Shown here: positions 39,630-48,734 of the stretch, piece by piece | Position numbering within the stretch: the stretch's first letter is position 1 | Layout of the letters: every line of letters begins with the position of its first letter | DNA from: Armatimonadota bacterium | GTDB lineage: Bacteria > Armatimonadota > Armatimonadia > Armatimonadales > Armatimonadaceae | Assembly: GCA_043754515.1 (NCBI GenBank) | Contig: JAYUUO010000027.1 | Location: 1 to 58,634 of the forward strand | Reading direction: 5' to 3' | Length of the DNA stretch: 58,634 bases | Position numbers and translations under genes: made by a program | The notes under the pieces: model-generated | Databases searched by the model: none | Seen by the model: the letters and a program-made list of their open reading frames with translations, nothing else | What the model was told of the DNA's origin: nothing

Positions 39630-40018
39630 TATGCACAGAATTGTACCATCTGGGTTCTGATTCGGACACGGGCGGGTTCATTCCAGGGCGGTGGACCTTT
39701 CTGGAGCGCGCGGAACGTGCGCGTTCCGGTGCGGGACGTTTCCGGTAGGTCGCGCGGGGCGACGGGACGTGGACGTGGACGTTGCCGGTGGGTCGCGCTC
39801 CGCGTCGGACAGCGGGGCGTTTCCACCCGCGACCCGGTATCCGCTCGCCGGTCGGAAAGCTCCACCGCCTGTTCTCGCGATCAGGATGCAAGCAACAAAA
39901 CTGTGACTGTGACAAAATCGCCCTGCCGTTCGGGGCACCCCAGCCACCGGGGAGGAGTACACCCCCGCCCCGGCGAATCTACATCGAAATTCAAGGCAGA
40001 TTATGGAGACCCCTGACA

Positions 40019-41143
40019 ATGCGTTTCGATGTTTCCACGGATGAGGTAGGCGAGAAGAATCGCCGTATAACTGCTTTCCTGGCGAAGCACGGCTATGCGG
40101 GGGTGATTATCAGCAATACCCGTAACTTCGCCTGGGCGACGTGCGGGCGCGACAACCATGTCGTTCGGGGGAGCGACGCGGGGGTCGGGCACGCGCTTTA
40201 TCTGGCGGACGGCGGCAAATATATCCTCTGCGATAATATCGAGGAGCCACGTTTGCGGGAAGAGGAAGGGCTTGAGGAGCAGGGGTTCCGGTTCGTGACC
40301 GGTCCGTGGTATGCGTTCAGCCCGGCGGCGGAGGCGGCGAAACTCGTGGACGGCGGCACGCTCGCGGTGGACACGATGCTGAGCGGCGCGAAGTTGACCA
40401 TGGTCGGTGGGGCCGATCTCGCCTGCCTGCGCTACGAACTGACCCCGGCGGAAGTCGAGCGATATAAGTGGCTTGGCACCGTGGCGGGTCAGGCGATGAG
40501 TGCCACGGCGCAGGTGATCAATCCCGGCATGACGGAGCACCAGGTCGGCGCAATGCTCGACCACTACCTGACGGACGAAGGGGTGACGCCGTACCTGACG
40601 CTGGTCGCCTCGGATGAGCGGATCAATCGCTACCGGCACCCGATCCCGACGGACAAAATTGTGGAGCGGGTCGTGATGTTCGTGACGTGCGCGCAGGCGT
40701 TCGGACTGATCGCGTGCGTGACGCGCCTCGTCTCGTTCGGTGCGCCGGACGTTGGCCTTCGGAAGCGGCACGAAGCGTGTTGCTACGTGGACGCGGTGTT
40801 CAACCTCGGCACGGTGCCGGGCGCGGATGTCGCCGCCCTCTTCGACGCGGGCCGGGAAGCCTACGCTTCGGTCGGGTACGCGGACGAGTGGACTTTACAC
40901 CATCAGGGCGGCGCGACGGGATACGCGGGGCGCGATTATCTGGCGGTGCCAGGTATCCATGCGACGGTGCAGGTAAACCAGGCTTTCGCGTGGAATCCGT
41001 CCATCACGGGTACGAAGACGGAAGACACGGTACTCGCCACGCCGGAAGGGCTGGTGCTACTGACCCCATCCCCCGACTTCCCGGCGGTACACGTTCGGAC
41101 GCCGCTCGGTGCGATGGACCGTCCGGCGATTCTGGAGCGGTAG
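40019..41143 (+). CDS. M24 peptidase / creatinase-fold protein (HHQGG subtype)
   Basis: NFAWAT, PGMTE, YRHPIPT, HHQGG.TGY, FAWNPSITG.K.EDT. Confidence 0.85.
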   Translation: MRFDVSTDEVGEKNRRITAFLAKHGYAGVIISNTRNFAWATCGRDNHVVRGSDAGVGHALYLADGGKYILCDNIEEPRLREEEGLEEQGFRFVTGPWYAFSPAAEAAKLVDGGTLAVDTMLSGAKLTMVGGADLACLRYELTPAEVERYKWLGTVAGQAMSATAQVINPGMTEHQVGAMLDHYLTDEGVTPYLTLVASDERINRYRHPIPTDKIVERVVMFVTCAQAFGLIACVTRLVSFGAPDVGLRKRHEACCYVDAVFNLGTVPGADVAALFDAGREAYASVGYADEWTLHHQGGATGYAGRDYLAVPGIHATVQVNQAFAWNPSITGTKTEDTVLATPEGLVLLTPSPDFPAVHVRTPLGAMDRPAILER

Positions 41144-41176
41144 GTTCACACGAAAGATCGAGGAGATAAAAAAGCG

Positions 41177-41542
41177 ATGGCTCGGATACTGCTGGTGGAG
41201 GATAACGAGGATAACCGCGACATGCTCGGGCGGCGTCTTCAGCGCAAAGGGCACGAGATTCTGATCGCGGTGGACGGCGAGGAGGGCGTCGCGAAGGCGG
41301 CGAGCGAGCAGCCGGATATGATCCTTCTGGACATGAGTCTGCCGCGTATGGATGGATGGACGGCAGCACGGACGATCCGCGCCACCGGCTCGACCGTGCC
41401 GATCATTGCGCTGACCGCGCACGCGATGCAGGGCGACCGCGAGAAGGCGTTGCAAGCCGGGTGCGACGATTACGACACGAAGCCAGTGGAACTGCCGCGG
41501 CTCGTTGAGAAAATGGACGCGCTACTGAACCGGGCCGCGTAG
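41177..41542 (+). CDS. Single-domain response regulator (DivK-like)
   Basis: ILLVEDN, LLDMSLP.MDG, IIALTAHAM, DTKP; GAGGAG RBS. Confidence 0.95.
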   Translation: MARILLVEDNEDNRDMLGRRLQRKGHEILIAVDGEEGVAKAASEQPDMILLDMSLPRMDGWTAARTIRATGSTVPIIALTAHAMQGDREKALQAGCDDYDTKPVELPRLVEKMDALLNRAA

Positions 41543-41582
41543 CCGCCGTGATGATCCGTCCCCGTTTAGTCGGACGGGCGAC

Positions 41583-41623
41583 GGGCGCGGGCGGGTCTAG
41601 CGAAGCACGACCCGCCCGCGCCC
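41583..41623. terminator. 15-bp stem between convergent genes
   Basis: gggcgcgggcgggtc ... gacccgcccgcgccc. Confidence 0.7.
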
Positions 41624-41666
41624 TTGTCGCGGTTTCCCGCCGTGGATGCTTTTTTGTCGCGCTCGT

Positions 41667-41918
41667 TTAATGCGGGTGCGCGTGTCCGAACATCTCGGCG
41701 AGGGTCAAAATGCGATAAAACGCGAGCAACACCACGAGGATCAGGTAGCCGCGTAGCAATAGCAACGATATCCGGACGCTGGGCGTCAGCTTAATGGTAC
41801 CCAGACCCTCGGCACTCCGCTTCTTCTCCGGGGTGTCATCCAGGGGATGAACGACATACAGATCGTGATCGGTCGGGCTCATGCCGCTCAGCGTGTCCGT
41901 GGTCATTTGTTGAGTCAT
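41667..41918 (-). CDS. Small membrane protein accompanying the NRAMP-like transporter
   Basis: VVHPLDD.PE.K...LTPSVRISLLLLRGYL; AAGGA RBS; last gene of the operon. Confidence 0.8.
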   Translation of the reverse strand: MTQQMTTDTLSGMSPTDHDLYVVHPLDDTPEKKRSAEGLGTIKLTPSVRISLLLLRGYLILVVLLAFYRILTLAEMFGHAHPH

Positions 41919-41945
41919 TGTCTTTTCCTTCTTCCTTCGTAACTG

Positions 41946-43286
41946 TTAAGCCGACCCGCCGGGGATCAGGTTCGGCGCGATAACTTGCACCGCCAGGATG
42001 AGCGACAGCACGAACAGCACCGCGACTATCGTCCAGTTTACGACGTTGTTCCACGGCTTGTTGACGAACTCGTCGCCCAACAACTCGCGGTCGTTGAGCA
42101 GTAGTTGCAAAAAGATGATCGCCGACGGCAGAATTAACCCCGCCAGAACCTGTACTCCGATGATGATCAGTTGTAGCGGCGCACGCGGGATCAGCACGAC
42201 CGCCGCCGCCGCGAGTGTGCAACCGATGTAGGTCAGGTAAAACCCTTTCGCCTTCGCGAACGGCATTTGCAGGCTGTGCGGCCACTCCTTCACCTCCGCG
42301 TAAGCCCACGCCGAGGCCAGCGAGATGGCGGTCGTACCCAGAACGGCCGCGTTGATCATGAACAGTAACACCCCGGTGCGAACCCAGTAACCGACGATGG
42401 GGCCGAGAGCTTCCGCCATCTGCGCGGGGTCGGTGTAGTTGATGTGGTGTGTATACATAACGTTCGCCACGCAGATCATCGCGCCCGCCACGATGACCGT
42501 GAAGCACGATCCGATCAGGGTATCGAGGCGTGCGCTCCCCAGATCCTTGAACCGCAATTTCTTGTCGGCGACCGCGCTCTGCTGGAAGAACAGTTGCCAG
42601 GGTGCTATCGTCGTACCTACTATCGCCACGACGAGAAGGACGAGATCCGGCGTGATCCCCTTCGGCGGTAGGTTCGGGATAAATGTGTTCTTCAGCACCG
42701 GCATGAAACCGGCGTGGCAGGCCGCCGCCATGGCAATCCAGAACAGGTCGGCGATGCACAGGAAGATGGTGATCCGCTCCCAGCGCAGGTAACCCCCCGA
42801 AAGCACGAGCGCGATCAGAGCGACCGCCGCGACCGGCACGGCGACTACCGGGGGGATCCCCATCTTCGTCGTGGCAAGCGAAATCGCGGCGAACTCCGTG
42901 ACAAGCGTCAGGAAGTTGACCAGCAACAGGTCGAAAAGTGAGAAAAGGCCCCACCACTTGCCGAACCGCTTGAAAATGATGGCGGCGTGCCCTTGCCCGG
43001 TCGCTATACCCAGCCGCGCTACCATTTCCTGGACGAAGTAGCACACCGGCAATAGCAACAGCATGAGCCAGAGCAGATGCAACCCGTACTGCGCCCCCGC
43101 CTGCGTGTAGGTCGAGACCGCCCCCGCGTCATTATCCGCCTCCATCACGATCAGGCCCGGACCGATAATGAGCAGATGTGTGAGTAGCCTCTTCTGCCAC
43201 TGATTTTTCACCAAGATGCCCTTCGGCTTCGCGGCGTTGGTACCGACTATCTCTTTGTTGGTTTCTTGTCCCGTCGTTGTAATCAT
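41946..43286 (-). CDS. NRAMP-related divalent metal transporter, probably Mg2+ (NrmT-type)
   Basis: GPGLIVMEADNDAGAVSTY, QEMVARLG, GTTIAPWQLFFQQS; lacks the MntH DPGN and MPH motifs; under M-box control. Confidence 0.88.
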   Translation of the reverse strand: MITTTGQETNKEIVGTNAAKPKGILVKNQWQKRLLTHLLIIGPGLIVMEADNDAGAVSTYTQAGAQYGLHLLWLMLLLLPVCYFVQEMVARLGIATGQGHAAIIFKRFGKWWGLFSLFDLLLVNFLTLVTEFAAISLATTKMGIPPVVAVPVAAVALIALVLSGGYLRWERITIFLCIADLFWIAMAAACHAGFMPVLKNTFIPNLPPKGITPDLVLLVVAIVGTTIAPWQLFFQQSAVADKKLRFKDLGSARLDTLIGSCFTVIVAGAMICVANVMYTHHINYTDPAQMAEALGPIVGYWVRTGVLLFMINAAVLGTTAISLASAWAYAEVKEWPHSLQMPFAKAKGFYLTYIGCTLAAAAVVLIPRAPLQLIIIGVQVLAGLILPSAIIFLQLLLNDRELLGDEFVNKPWNNVVNWTIVAVLFVLSLILAVQVIAPNLIPGGSA

Positions 43287-43380
43287 GCTCGTACCCCGTC
43301 CCTTTCCTGCCTCGTCCGGGCGGAACCGGGCGGATGGCCCAGTTCTCCCTATACGTTTATCCCTCTCTCGAACCCGGCTC

Positions 43381-44814
43381 CTAGAACTCGATGTGCGTAC
43401 GTAGCGAGATCACATCCACCGGCCCGCGATCTTTGTTATACGCGGGGTTCGTCAGCCTCTGGTAATCGAGCGACAGGCCGACCGTCGGGTTTAACTGAAA
43501 CGTGTAATAGCTCTCGAAAATCTGCTCGCGCCCGTAGTTCAGTCTGCCGTCGCCGATGATGAACCCGTAACCGCCTGCGGCGAGGTAGTCGCGGTGCGGC
43601 GATGACAGGCCGTTTGACACGAACGCAGTGGCGAACCGGTCTTTCGGGCGGTGCCATTGTGCCCCGGACAGTTGCCCGCCGAAGGAGACGTGGCTGTCTA
43701 TTTCCGTGAACGCGAACGAGTCGGTTTTGCCGTCGTCCGCCCCGAGACGCGCCCAAATTCCCGTCGCGCCGTCGTCGGCTAGTGCCTGCTCGATGTTGAT
43801 GCCGTAGCCGTACTTGATCGCGCCGACGTGTGCCGCCTTCGTGATGTCCGGGCGCGTTCCGCTCGCGGCCGATTGCGCGATGGCCTCGCGGTAGTCGCCC
43901 ATGTGCGCCATGTTGCGGAAGCCGAGTAGCCGGACAATGGTCGGTGCCTTCCCGCGAACCGCGTGGGGGTGCAGTTCGATTTCGAGCTGATCGCCCCGGT
44001 TGAACGCCAAATTGTTCGCGAGATCAATGCCGTTCGCGACGGTGGGCATCTGGAACGAGCCGAACCGTATGGCATGCGTCGGGGCGATCCACTCGGCGGC
44101 GACCCCTCGGCTGTAGCCGCGCGTGTCGGCGGCGTAGTCATACGCGCCGTTATTCAGGAGTGCCCAGTTCATGAACTGCGTCCGCGCGCTGTTCGCGTAG
44201 GAGGACACGTCGAACACGTCGTTCGTGCCGAGTTTGCCGCCGGTCAGCACGAGCCGGTGCGTCGGCTGCTTGCCGCCGACCTGGTGGATGCCGCCGCCGA
44301 TTACCTCCTCGCCCTTGCCGGTCGCGATCATGTAGCGCGCGAAATAACGGGCGAGATACGGCTCGCTGTTCAGGAGCGGGTTACGGATCACCTCGCCGTT
44401 CAGGAACCCCGCCGTGCCGAGCGAATTGCTGACGCCGAGGCCCGCGACCTCCTCCGGGTCAATGTAGATGTCCAAGTTCGGGCGGACGCGCACGCCCATA
44501 TAGAGCGTGAATGATTCGGAGACCTCGGTCTCGTCGCGGGAGATCAAGCTGAAGTCGCCGCTGTACGGACTGCGGAACTTGAGCAGGCTCTGCGAGATAA
44601 CGGTGGCCTGGCTGTTGAACTGGAAGCCGATGACGTTGGTCTTGTTCGCCAGTTTATCGGCGGGCGTGGTCGTGGTCTTCGTGGTGTCCGCTGGTGCCGG
44701 CTCCGCGCTCTTCTGCGCATAGGCGGCCGTACAGGCGAGGAGGTAGGTGCCTACAACAGCCGCGAAGGCGGCGTTGGACAGGATTGTGTGGGTTGAGTCG
44801 CGCATTGTTTTCAT
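43381..44814 (-). CDS. OprB/carbohydrate-porin-like outer-membrane beta-barrel
   Basis: Signal peptide; FMNW....GAYDYAADTRGY; GYGFIIGDGRLNYGREQIFE.YY; NPAYNKDRGPV; terminal F. Confidence 0.85.
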   Translation of the reverse strand: MKTMRDSTHTILSNAAFAAVVGTYLLACTAAYAQKSAEPAPADTTKTTTTPADKLANKTNVIGFQFNSQATVISQSLLKFRSPYSGDFSLISRDETEVSESFTLYMGVRVRPNLDIYIDPEEVAGLGVSNSLGTAGFLNGEVIRNPLLNSEPYLARYFARYMIATGKGEEVIGGGIHQVGGKQPTHRLVLTGGKLGTNDVFDVSSYANSARTQFMNWALLNNGAYDYAADTRGYSRGVAAEWIAPTHAIRFGSFQMPTVANGIDLANNLAFNRGDQLEIELHPHAVRGKAPTIVRLLGFRNMAHMGDYREAIAQSAASGTRPDITKAAHVGAIKYGYGINIEQALADDGATGIWARLGADDGKTDSFAFTEIDSHVSFGGQLSGAQWHRPKDRFATAFVSNGLSSPHRDYLAAGGYGFIIGDGRLNYGREQIFESYYTFQLNPTVGLSLDYQRLTNPAYNKDRGPVDVISLRTHIEF

Positions 44815-44975
44815 TTCTTCTTCCTTCTAACCGGTCATTAACGGGCGAATTCCTGGCTCATGTCGCTTGTTGCCACTCGGGAAAGGATGCGGCAGGCTCT
44901 GCCTGACATTGCTTCATCATCCTGACATAATGATGGTCGCGTCGTTCGGAGTGAAGGGGGGGCGGGGCGCGGCGT

Positions 44976-45032
44976 AAACAGAAACGCCCCGCTTCTTCAC
45001 GAAAGTTCGTTCTTCCGTGAGAAGGCGGGGCG
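44976..45032 (-). terminator. Second intrinsic terminator in the leader (attenuator)
   Basis: Minus strand: cgccccgc-cttc-tcacggaag...ctttcgtga-agaa-gcggggcg followed by tttctgttt. Confidence 0.65.
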
Positions 45033-45053
45033 CGGTTCGGGGAACCCTACGCT

Positions 45054-45185
45054 TTACAAAAGGCGCGGGGGCGGGAACATGGCGCTCGGCATCGTCACGG
45101 AAAGCCGCGCCCCCAGGGAAAAGGGAGACGCGACATATTCGGTTGTGATTTGTACGATGTGAAAATCGCTACTGTCTGCGTCCAT
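45054..45185 (-). CDS. Putative 43-aa leader peptide with a PPP motif
   Basis: GAAAGG 7 nt before the ATG; MDADSSDFHIVQITTEYVASPFSLGARLSVTMPSAMFPPPRLL*; below the ORF-track length cutoff. Confidence 0.6.
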   Translation of the reverse strand: MDADSSDFHIVQITTEYVASPFSLGARLSVTMPSAMFPPPRLL

Positions 45186-45244
45186 ATTGTTACCTTTCGT
45201 TTGCAAGCGGTCCGAAACGAAACGGGCAGGGCGGTTGATGCCTT

Positions 45245-45286
45245 AAAAAACAAAAAACCCTCTGCCCGGACATGCGGGAAAAGGGT
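45245..45286 (-). terminator. Riboswitch expression-platform terminator
   Basis: acccttttcccg-catgtc-cgggcagagggt plus tttttgtttttt; the 5' arm is complementary to the aptamer 3' tail ggggaaagcagggggtga (antiterminator). Confidence 0.85.
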
Positions 45287-45348
45287 GACACGCTGTGCAA
45301 AAGACAGCCGTGCTAAGGAGTGCTATCACGAATGATCTCACCCCCTGC

Positions 45349-45527
45349 TTTCCCCACTCGTTTGAGTTTCGGCACCGCGCACCGTAAGAGAAGAACGACG
45401 GATCGTCCTCCCAGCCACGTTAAGCAAACCCTTATTTCGGGAGTGCCTGTTATACCCATCGCGGACATCTCTGGATGTTGCAGGGCAGTGGCTTATGTGT
45501 TACGCGGGAACCTCACCTACCGAGGAA
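45349..45527 (-). promoter_or_regulatory. M-box (ykoK) Mg2+ riboswitch aptamer
   Basis: ctcggtaggtgaggttcc...gccactgccc...gatgggtataacagg...gaaataagg...ttaacgtggctgg...gtgccgaaactcaaacga follows the ykoK consensus order; upstream of a metal transporter operon. Confidence 0.93.
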
Positions 45528-45592
45528 CCTGAACTATTCGATTGATGGCCATTCGTTCGCCTACATTACCAGGCAAACTCCGGCACGGCGAG

Positions 45593-45621
45593 ATGGTACC
45601 ACCGCCTTTATACACTGTCAA
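45593..45621 (-). promoter_or_regulatory. Sigma70-type promoter for the M-box leader
   Basis: TTGACA-17 nt-TACCAT with extended TG. Confidence 0.8.
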
Positions 45622-45936
45622 GAGCGACGCGGATAAATATCTCCGTGCGTCCAGCGATTGCTGAGTTAGAGTGGTGCCGCGCCTTCGCGGGGCGGACCGA
45701 ACGGCGAACGATAGTTCACGGAGGAAAAGTAGAAGTAATGACTGAAATTACGCGCAGACGCCGATACAATGACGCGAACACAACATCACGTACACCATGG
45801 TGCGCGGCTATACGGCATGTAGTGTATAGCCTTGCGCTTAAAACCGCAACATTATGTCGCGCGACGCGCGTGGCTGACTAAAAACAACCAATCAAATTTA
45901 TCAACAGGGCATGCAGGGAGCAACAAGAGTTATTCG

Positions 45937-47100
45937 ATGGTAATACCGGAACCGTTTGCGAAAATTAAAGTGATCGGCGTGGGCGGGGGCGGTACCAACG
46001 CCGTGAACCGCATGATCGAGGCCGGCCTGTCCGGCGTGGACTTCTGGGCGATGAACACCGATGTACAGGTTCTGGCAACCTCATCGGCGGACAACACCTT
46101 GCAACTCGGCGTCCGCCTCACGCAGGGGCTCGGCGCGGGCGGCGACCCCGAACGCGGTCGCGAGTCCGCCGAGGAGTCACGCTCCGACATCCAGAAAGCC
46201 CTCGACGGCGCGGACATGGTGTTCATCACGGCGGGCATGGGCGGCGGCACCGGCACCGGTGCGGGTCCGGTCATCGCCGAGATCGCCCGCTCAATGGACA
46301 TTCTCACCGTGGCCGTGGTCACCAAGCCGTTCCGCTTTGAGGGGCCGCGCCGCGACCGCCTCGCCCGCCAAGGGATTGATAACCTGCGCCAGCACGTGGA
46401 CACGGTGATCATCATCCCGAACGACCGGCTGTTAAACGTCGTCGAGAAGAAGGCGACCCTGATGGAAGCGTTCAAGGAAGCCGACGACGTGTTGCGGCAG
46501 GGTGTGCAGGGTATCTCCGACATCATCACGATTCCGGGCCTGATCAACGTTGACTTCGCAGACGTCAAGGCGGTCATGTCGGACGCGGGCACGGCTCTGA
46601 TGGGCATCGGGTTCGCCGAAGGGGATCACCGCGCGGTGGAAGCGGCGCAGATGGCTATCTCGTCGCCGCTCCTCGAGACCGACATTTCGGGTGCCCGCTC
46701 CGTGCTCGTGAATGTCACGGCAGGCGCGGACCTGACGCTCGCCGAGGTGAACGAGGCGTTGGAGCTGATCCAGAACGGCACCGACGGCGAGGACGCGAAC
46801 ATCATCTTCGGGGCGGTGATCGACCCGCGCCTGATGGGCGCGGTACGTATCACGGTACTCGCGACCGGTTTCGAGGCGCGTCAGGTCGCGACCACGGCGG
46901 TGAAATCGTACCCGGCGGCGGCGACCACCCCGCTCCGGCGACCGGTAGCGATGCCTGCGATGGGTAGCACAGTTGCCAGCGCGAACGGTAGCGATATGGC
47001 CGAGGCGCAGAGGGATCAATCCCCCCAGCCGTCGCGCACGGCGACGCTGACCGCCGAGGACACGATAGACATCCCGGCGTTCCTGCGCCGCAAGCCGTAG
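45937..47100 (+). CDS. ftsZ: Cell division protein FtsZ
   Basis: [41 protein letters not shown]-terminal DIPAFLRR. Confidence 0.98.
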   Translation: MVIPEPFAKIKVIGVGGGGTNAVNRMIEAGLSGVDFWAMNTDVQVLATSSADNTLQLGVRLTQGLGAGGDPERGRESAEESRSDIQKALDGADMVFITAGMGGGTGTGAGPVIAEIARSMDILTVAVVTKPFRFEGPRRDRLARQGIDNLRQHVDTVIIIPNDRLLNVVEKKATLMEAFKEADDVLRQGVQGISDIITIPGLINVDFADVKAVMSDAGTALMGIGFAEGDHRAVEAAQMAISSPLLETDISGARSVLVNVTAGADLTLAEVNEALELIQNGTDGEDANIIFGAVIDPRLMGAVRITVLATGFEARQVATTAVKSYPAAATTPLRRPVAMPAMGSTVASANGSDMAEAQRDQSPQPSRTATLTAEDTIDIPAFLRRKP

Positions 47101-47118
47101 GCACTCCAGGTCATTCAG

Positions 47119-47149
47119 TCGGGGGCGGGGCATTTTGCCCCGCCCCCGA
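47119..47149. terminator. Bidirectional hairpin between ftsZ and yebC
   Basis: tcgggggcggggca-ttt-tgccccgcccccga. Confidence 0.75.
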
Positions 47150-47160
47150 AATGATCGCTT

Positions 47161-47898
47161 CTATACCTCGTCGTCGGGTGTGTCGAAGTTGGCATACACG
47201 TTCTGTACGTCGTCGTCCTCTTCGAGCCGGTCAATCATCTTTAGAATCTGCTCGGCGTCCTTGCCGCTGATCATCACCATGGTGACCGGTATCATCGCGG
47301 TTTCGCCCGAGATGTAGTGCAGTTTCGCCTTATCAACGGCTTCCTTAACCCGGAAGAAGTCCTCGAACGCGGTGGAAACTTCGAAGCCACCGTCGTCGGT
47401 CGTGGTCACGTCCTCCGCGCCCGCGTCCAGCGCGACCTCCATCAGCGCGTCCTCCGTGGTCGCGCCGGGATCGAATAGGAATAGCCCCTTCGACTCGAAC
47501 AGGTAGGCGACACTCCCCGACTCACCGAGGCGGCCCCCGGCTTTGGTGAAGATGGAGCGGACATTGGCGACGGTGCGCTGTTTGTTATCAGTGAAGCACT
47601 GCACGAGCACCGCGACGCCGGACGGGCCGTAGCCCTCGTAGGTCAGCTCCTCGTAGTTCGCGCCTTCGAGTTCGCCGGTACCACGCTGGATCGCCCGCTT
47701 GATCTTCTCGGCGGGCATGGATGCTTTGCGGGCGTTGTCAACGGCCTGCCGCAATGAAAGGTTCAGGTCCGGGTTGCCGCCGCCTCCCTTAGCCGCCATA
47801 ATGATCTCGTTGGCGAGTTTCGTGAACGATTTCGAGCGCACCGCGTCCTGCTTGCCTTTGCGCAGACGGATGTTGTGCCATTTACTATGTCCCGACAT
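47161..47898 (-). CDS. yebC: YebC/PmpR family protein
   Basis: MSGHSKWHNI, YEGYGPSG, TDN..RT, LEEDDDVQNVY.N. Confidence 0.96.
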   Translation of the reverse strand: MSGHSKWHNIRLRKGKQDAVRSKSFTKLANEIIMAAKGGGGNPDLNLSLRQAVDNARKASMPAEKIKRAIQRGTGELEGANYEELTYEGYGPSGVAVLVQCFTDNKQRTVANVRSIFTKAGGRLGESGSVAYLFESKGLFLFDPGATTEDALMEVALDAGAEDVTTTDDGGFEVSTAFEDFFRVKEAVDKAKLHYISGETAMIPVTMVMISGKDAEQILKMIDRLEEDDDVQNVYANFDTPDDEV

Positions 47899-48006
47899 GG
47901 TATATTTTCGCTGTGCCGGAGCCACTCCGCGAGTGACAAACGGCGTCCTTTATTCGTTAAAATGATCGTTCGATTTTACGGCGAACGGGGGGGTTGCGCA
48001 AGCGGT

Positions 48007-48645
48007 TTAGAAGTATCCATAGTCGAATACTGGCTCAGCGAACGAGATCGCGTCGCCGTATCGTAGCAGAAACCGGAACGGTACACCGTCCACGTTGGCT
48101 TGCCGGAGCCGCGCCTCAAACCGTTCCAAGTCGGCGAGCACTAATGCGGTGTCCGTTATGCCGAGCGTAAGCCAATCCTCGCGTAAAGAGCTGATCAGGC
48201 TGGCGAGGGTTGCGAGGACGTCGCCCAGCGCGTGCCAGATGTCGTGGTCGAAGTCAGGCGCGGCCTCGGAGTAGCCGAAATCAGCGAGTGGAATACGGCC
48301 GAGAAGCATCGCCTGGGCATCCACCGCACCCGCGTTGCGGGCGAGGGCTTCGCCAAAGACTAACGTTCCGACCGCGCCCGTGCGGTTCGCGAAAAATAGA
48401 AGCACGCGAATCGAGAGTGTTTTGCGAAGGTTTACGATACCGAGCCAGCCGATGAACCCGAAGATCGCCCCATACCCCGCGAGCATCGGGATGGGAGCGT
48501 TCGTGGCCAAGATCAGGTACAGAACGCCGAGAGCACCGATCGAGCCGGTGGCGGAAAGCGTCGCATCCACGCGCCTCCAGTGGGACGCGACGCGGTAATA
48601 CTGCGCGGGGTAGGACGCGGGATGGGTTGTCGCGATGCTTCTCAT
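48007..48645 (-). CDS. Hypothetical membrane protein
   Basis: 212-aa ORF, GAGG-C-ATG start, two N-terminal TM helices. Confidence 0.6.
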   Translation of the reverse strand: MRSIATTHPASYPAQYYRVASHWRRVDATLSATGSIGALGVLYLILATNAPIPMLAGYGAIFGFIGWLGIVNLRKTLSIRVLLFFANRTGAVGTLVFGEALARNAGAVDAQAMLLGRIPLADFGYSEAAPDFDHDIWHALGDVLATLASLISSLREDWLTLGITDTALVLADLERFEARLRQANVDGVPFRFLLRYGDAISFAEPVFDYGYF

Positions 48646-48734
48646 GCCTCACAGACGGTGCGCCGCATCGCGCGGTTACGCCGCCCGGTCGCGGTGCCGT
48701 CGGCGGTACAATAGCGGGCAGAGACCAAACTTGT

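Noticed and set aside
41946..43286. mntH manganese transporter
   Set aside because: It lacks the DPGN and MPH signatures and sits under a Mg2+ riboswitch.
45832..45936. N-terminal extensions in the ORF track (ftsZ, aroE, chr, lptD, M24, sigma)
   Set aside because: Family homology and RBS or overlap patterns begin at downstream starts.
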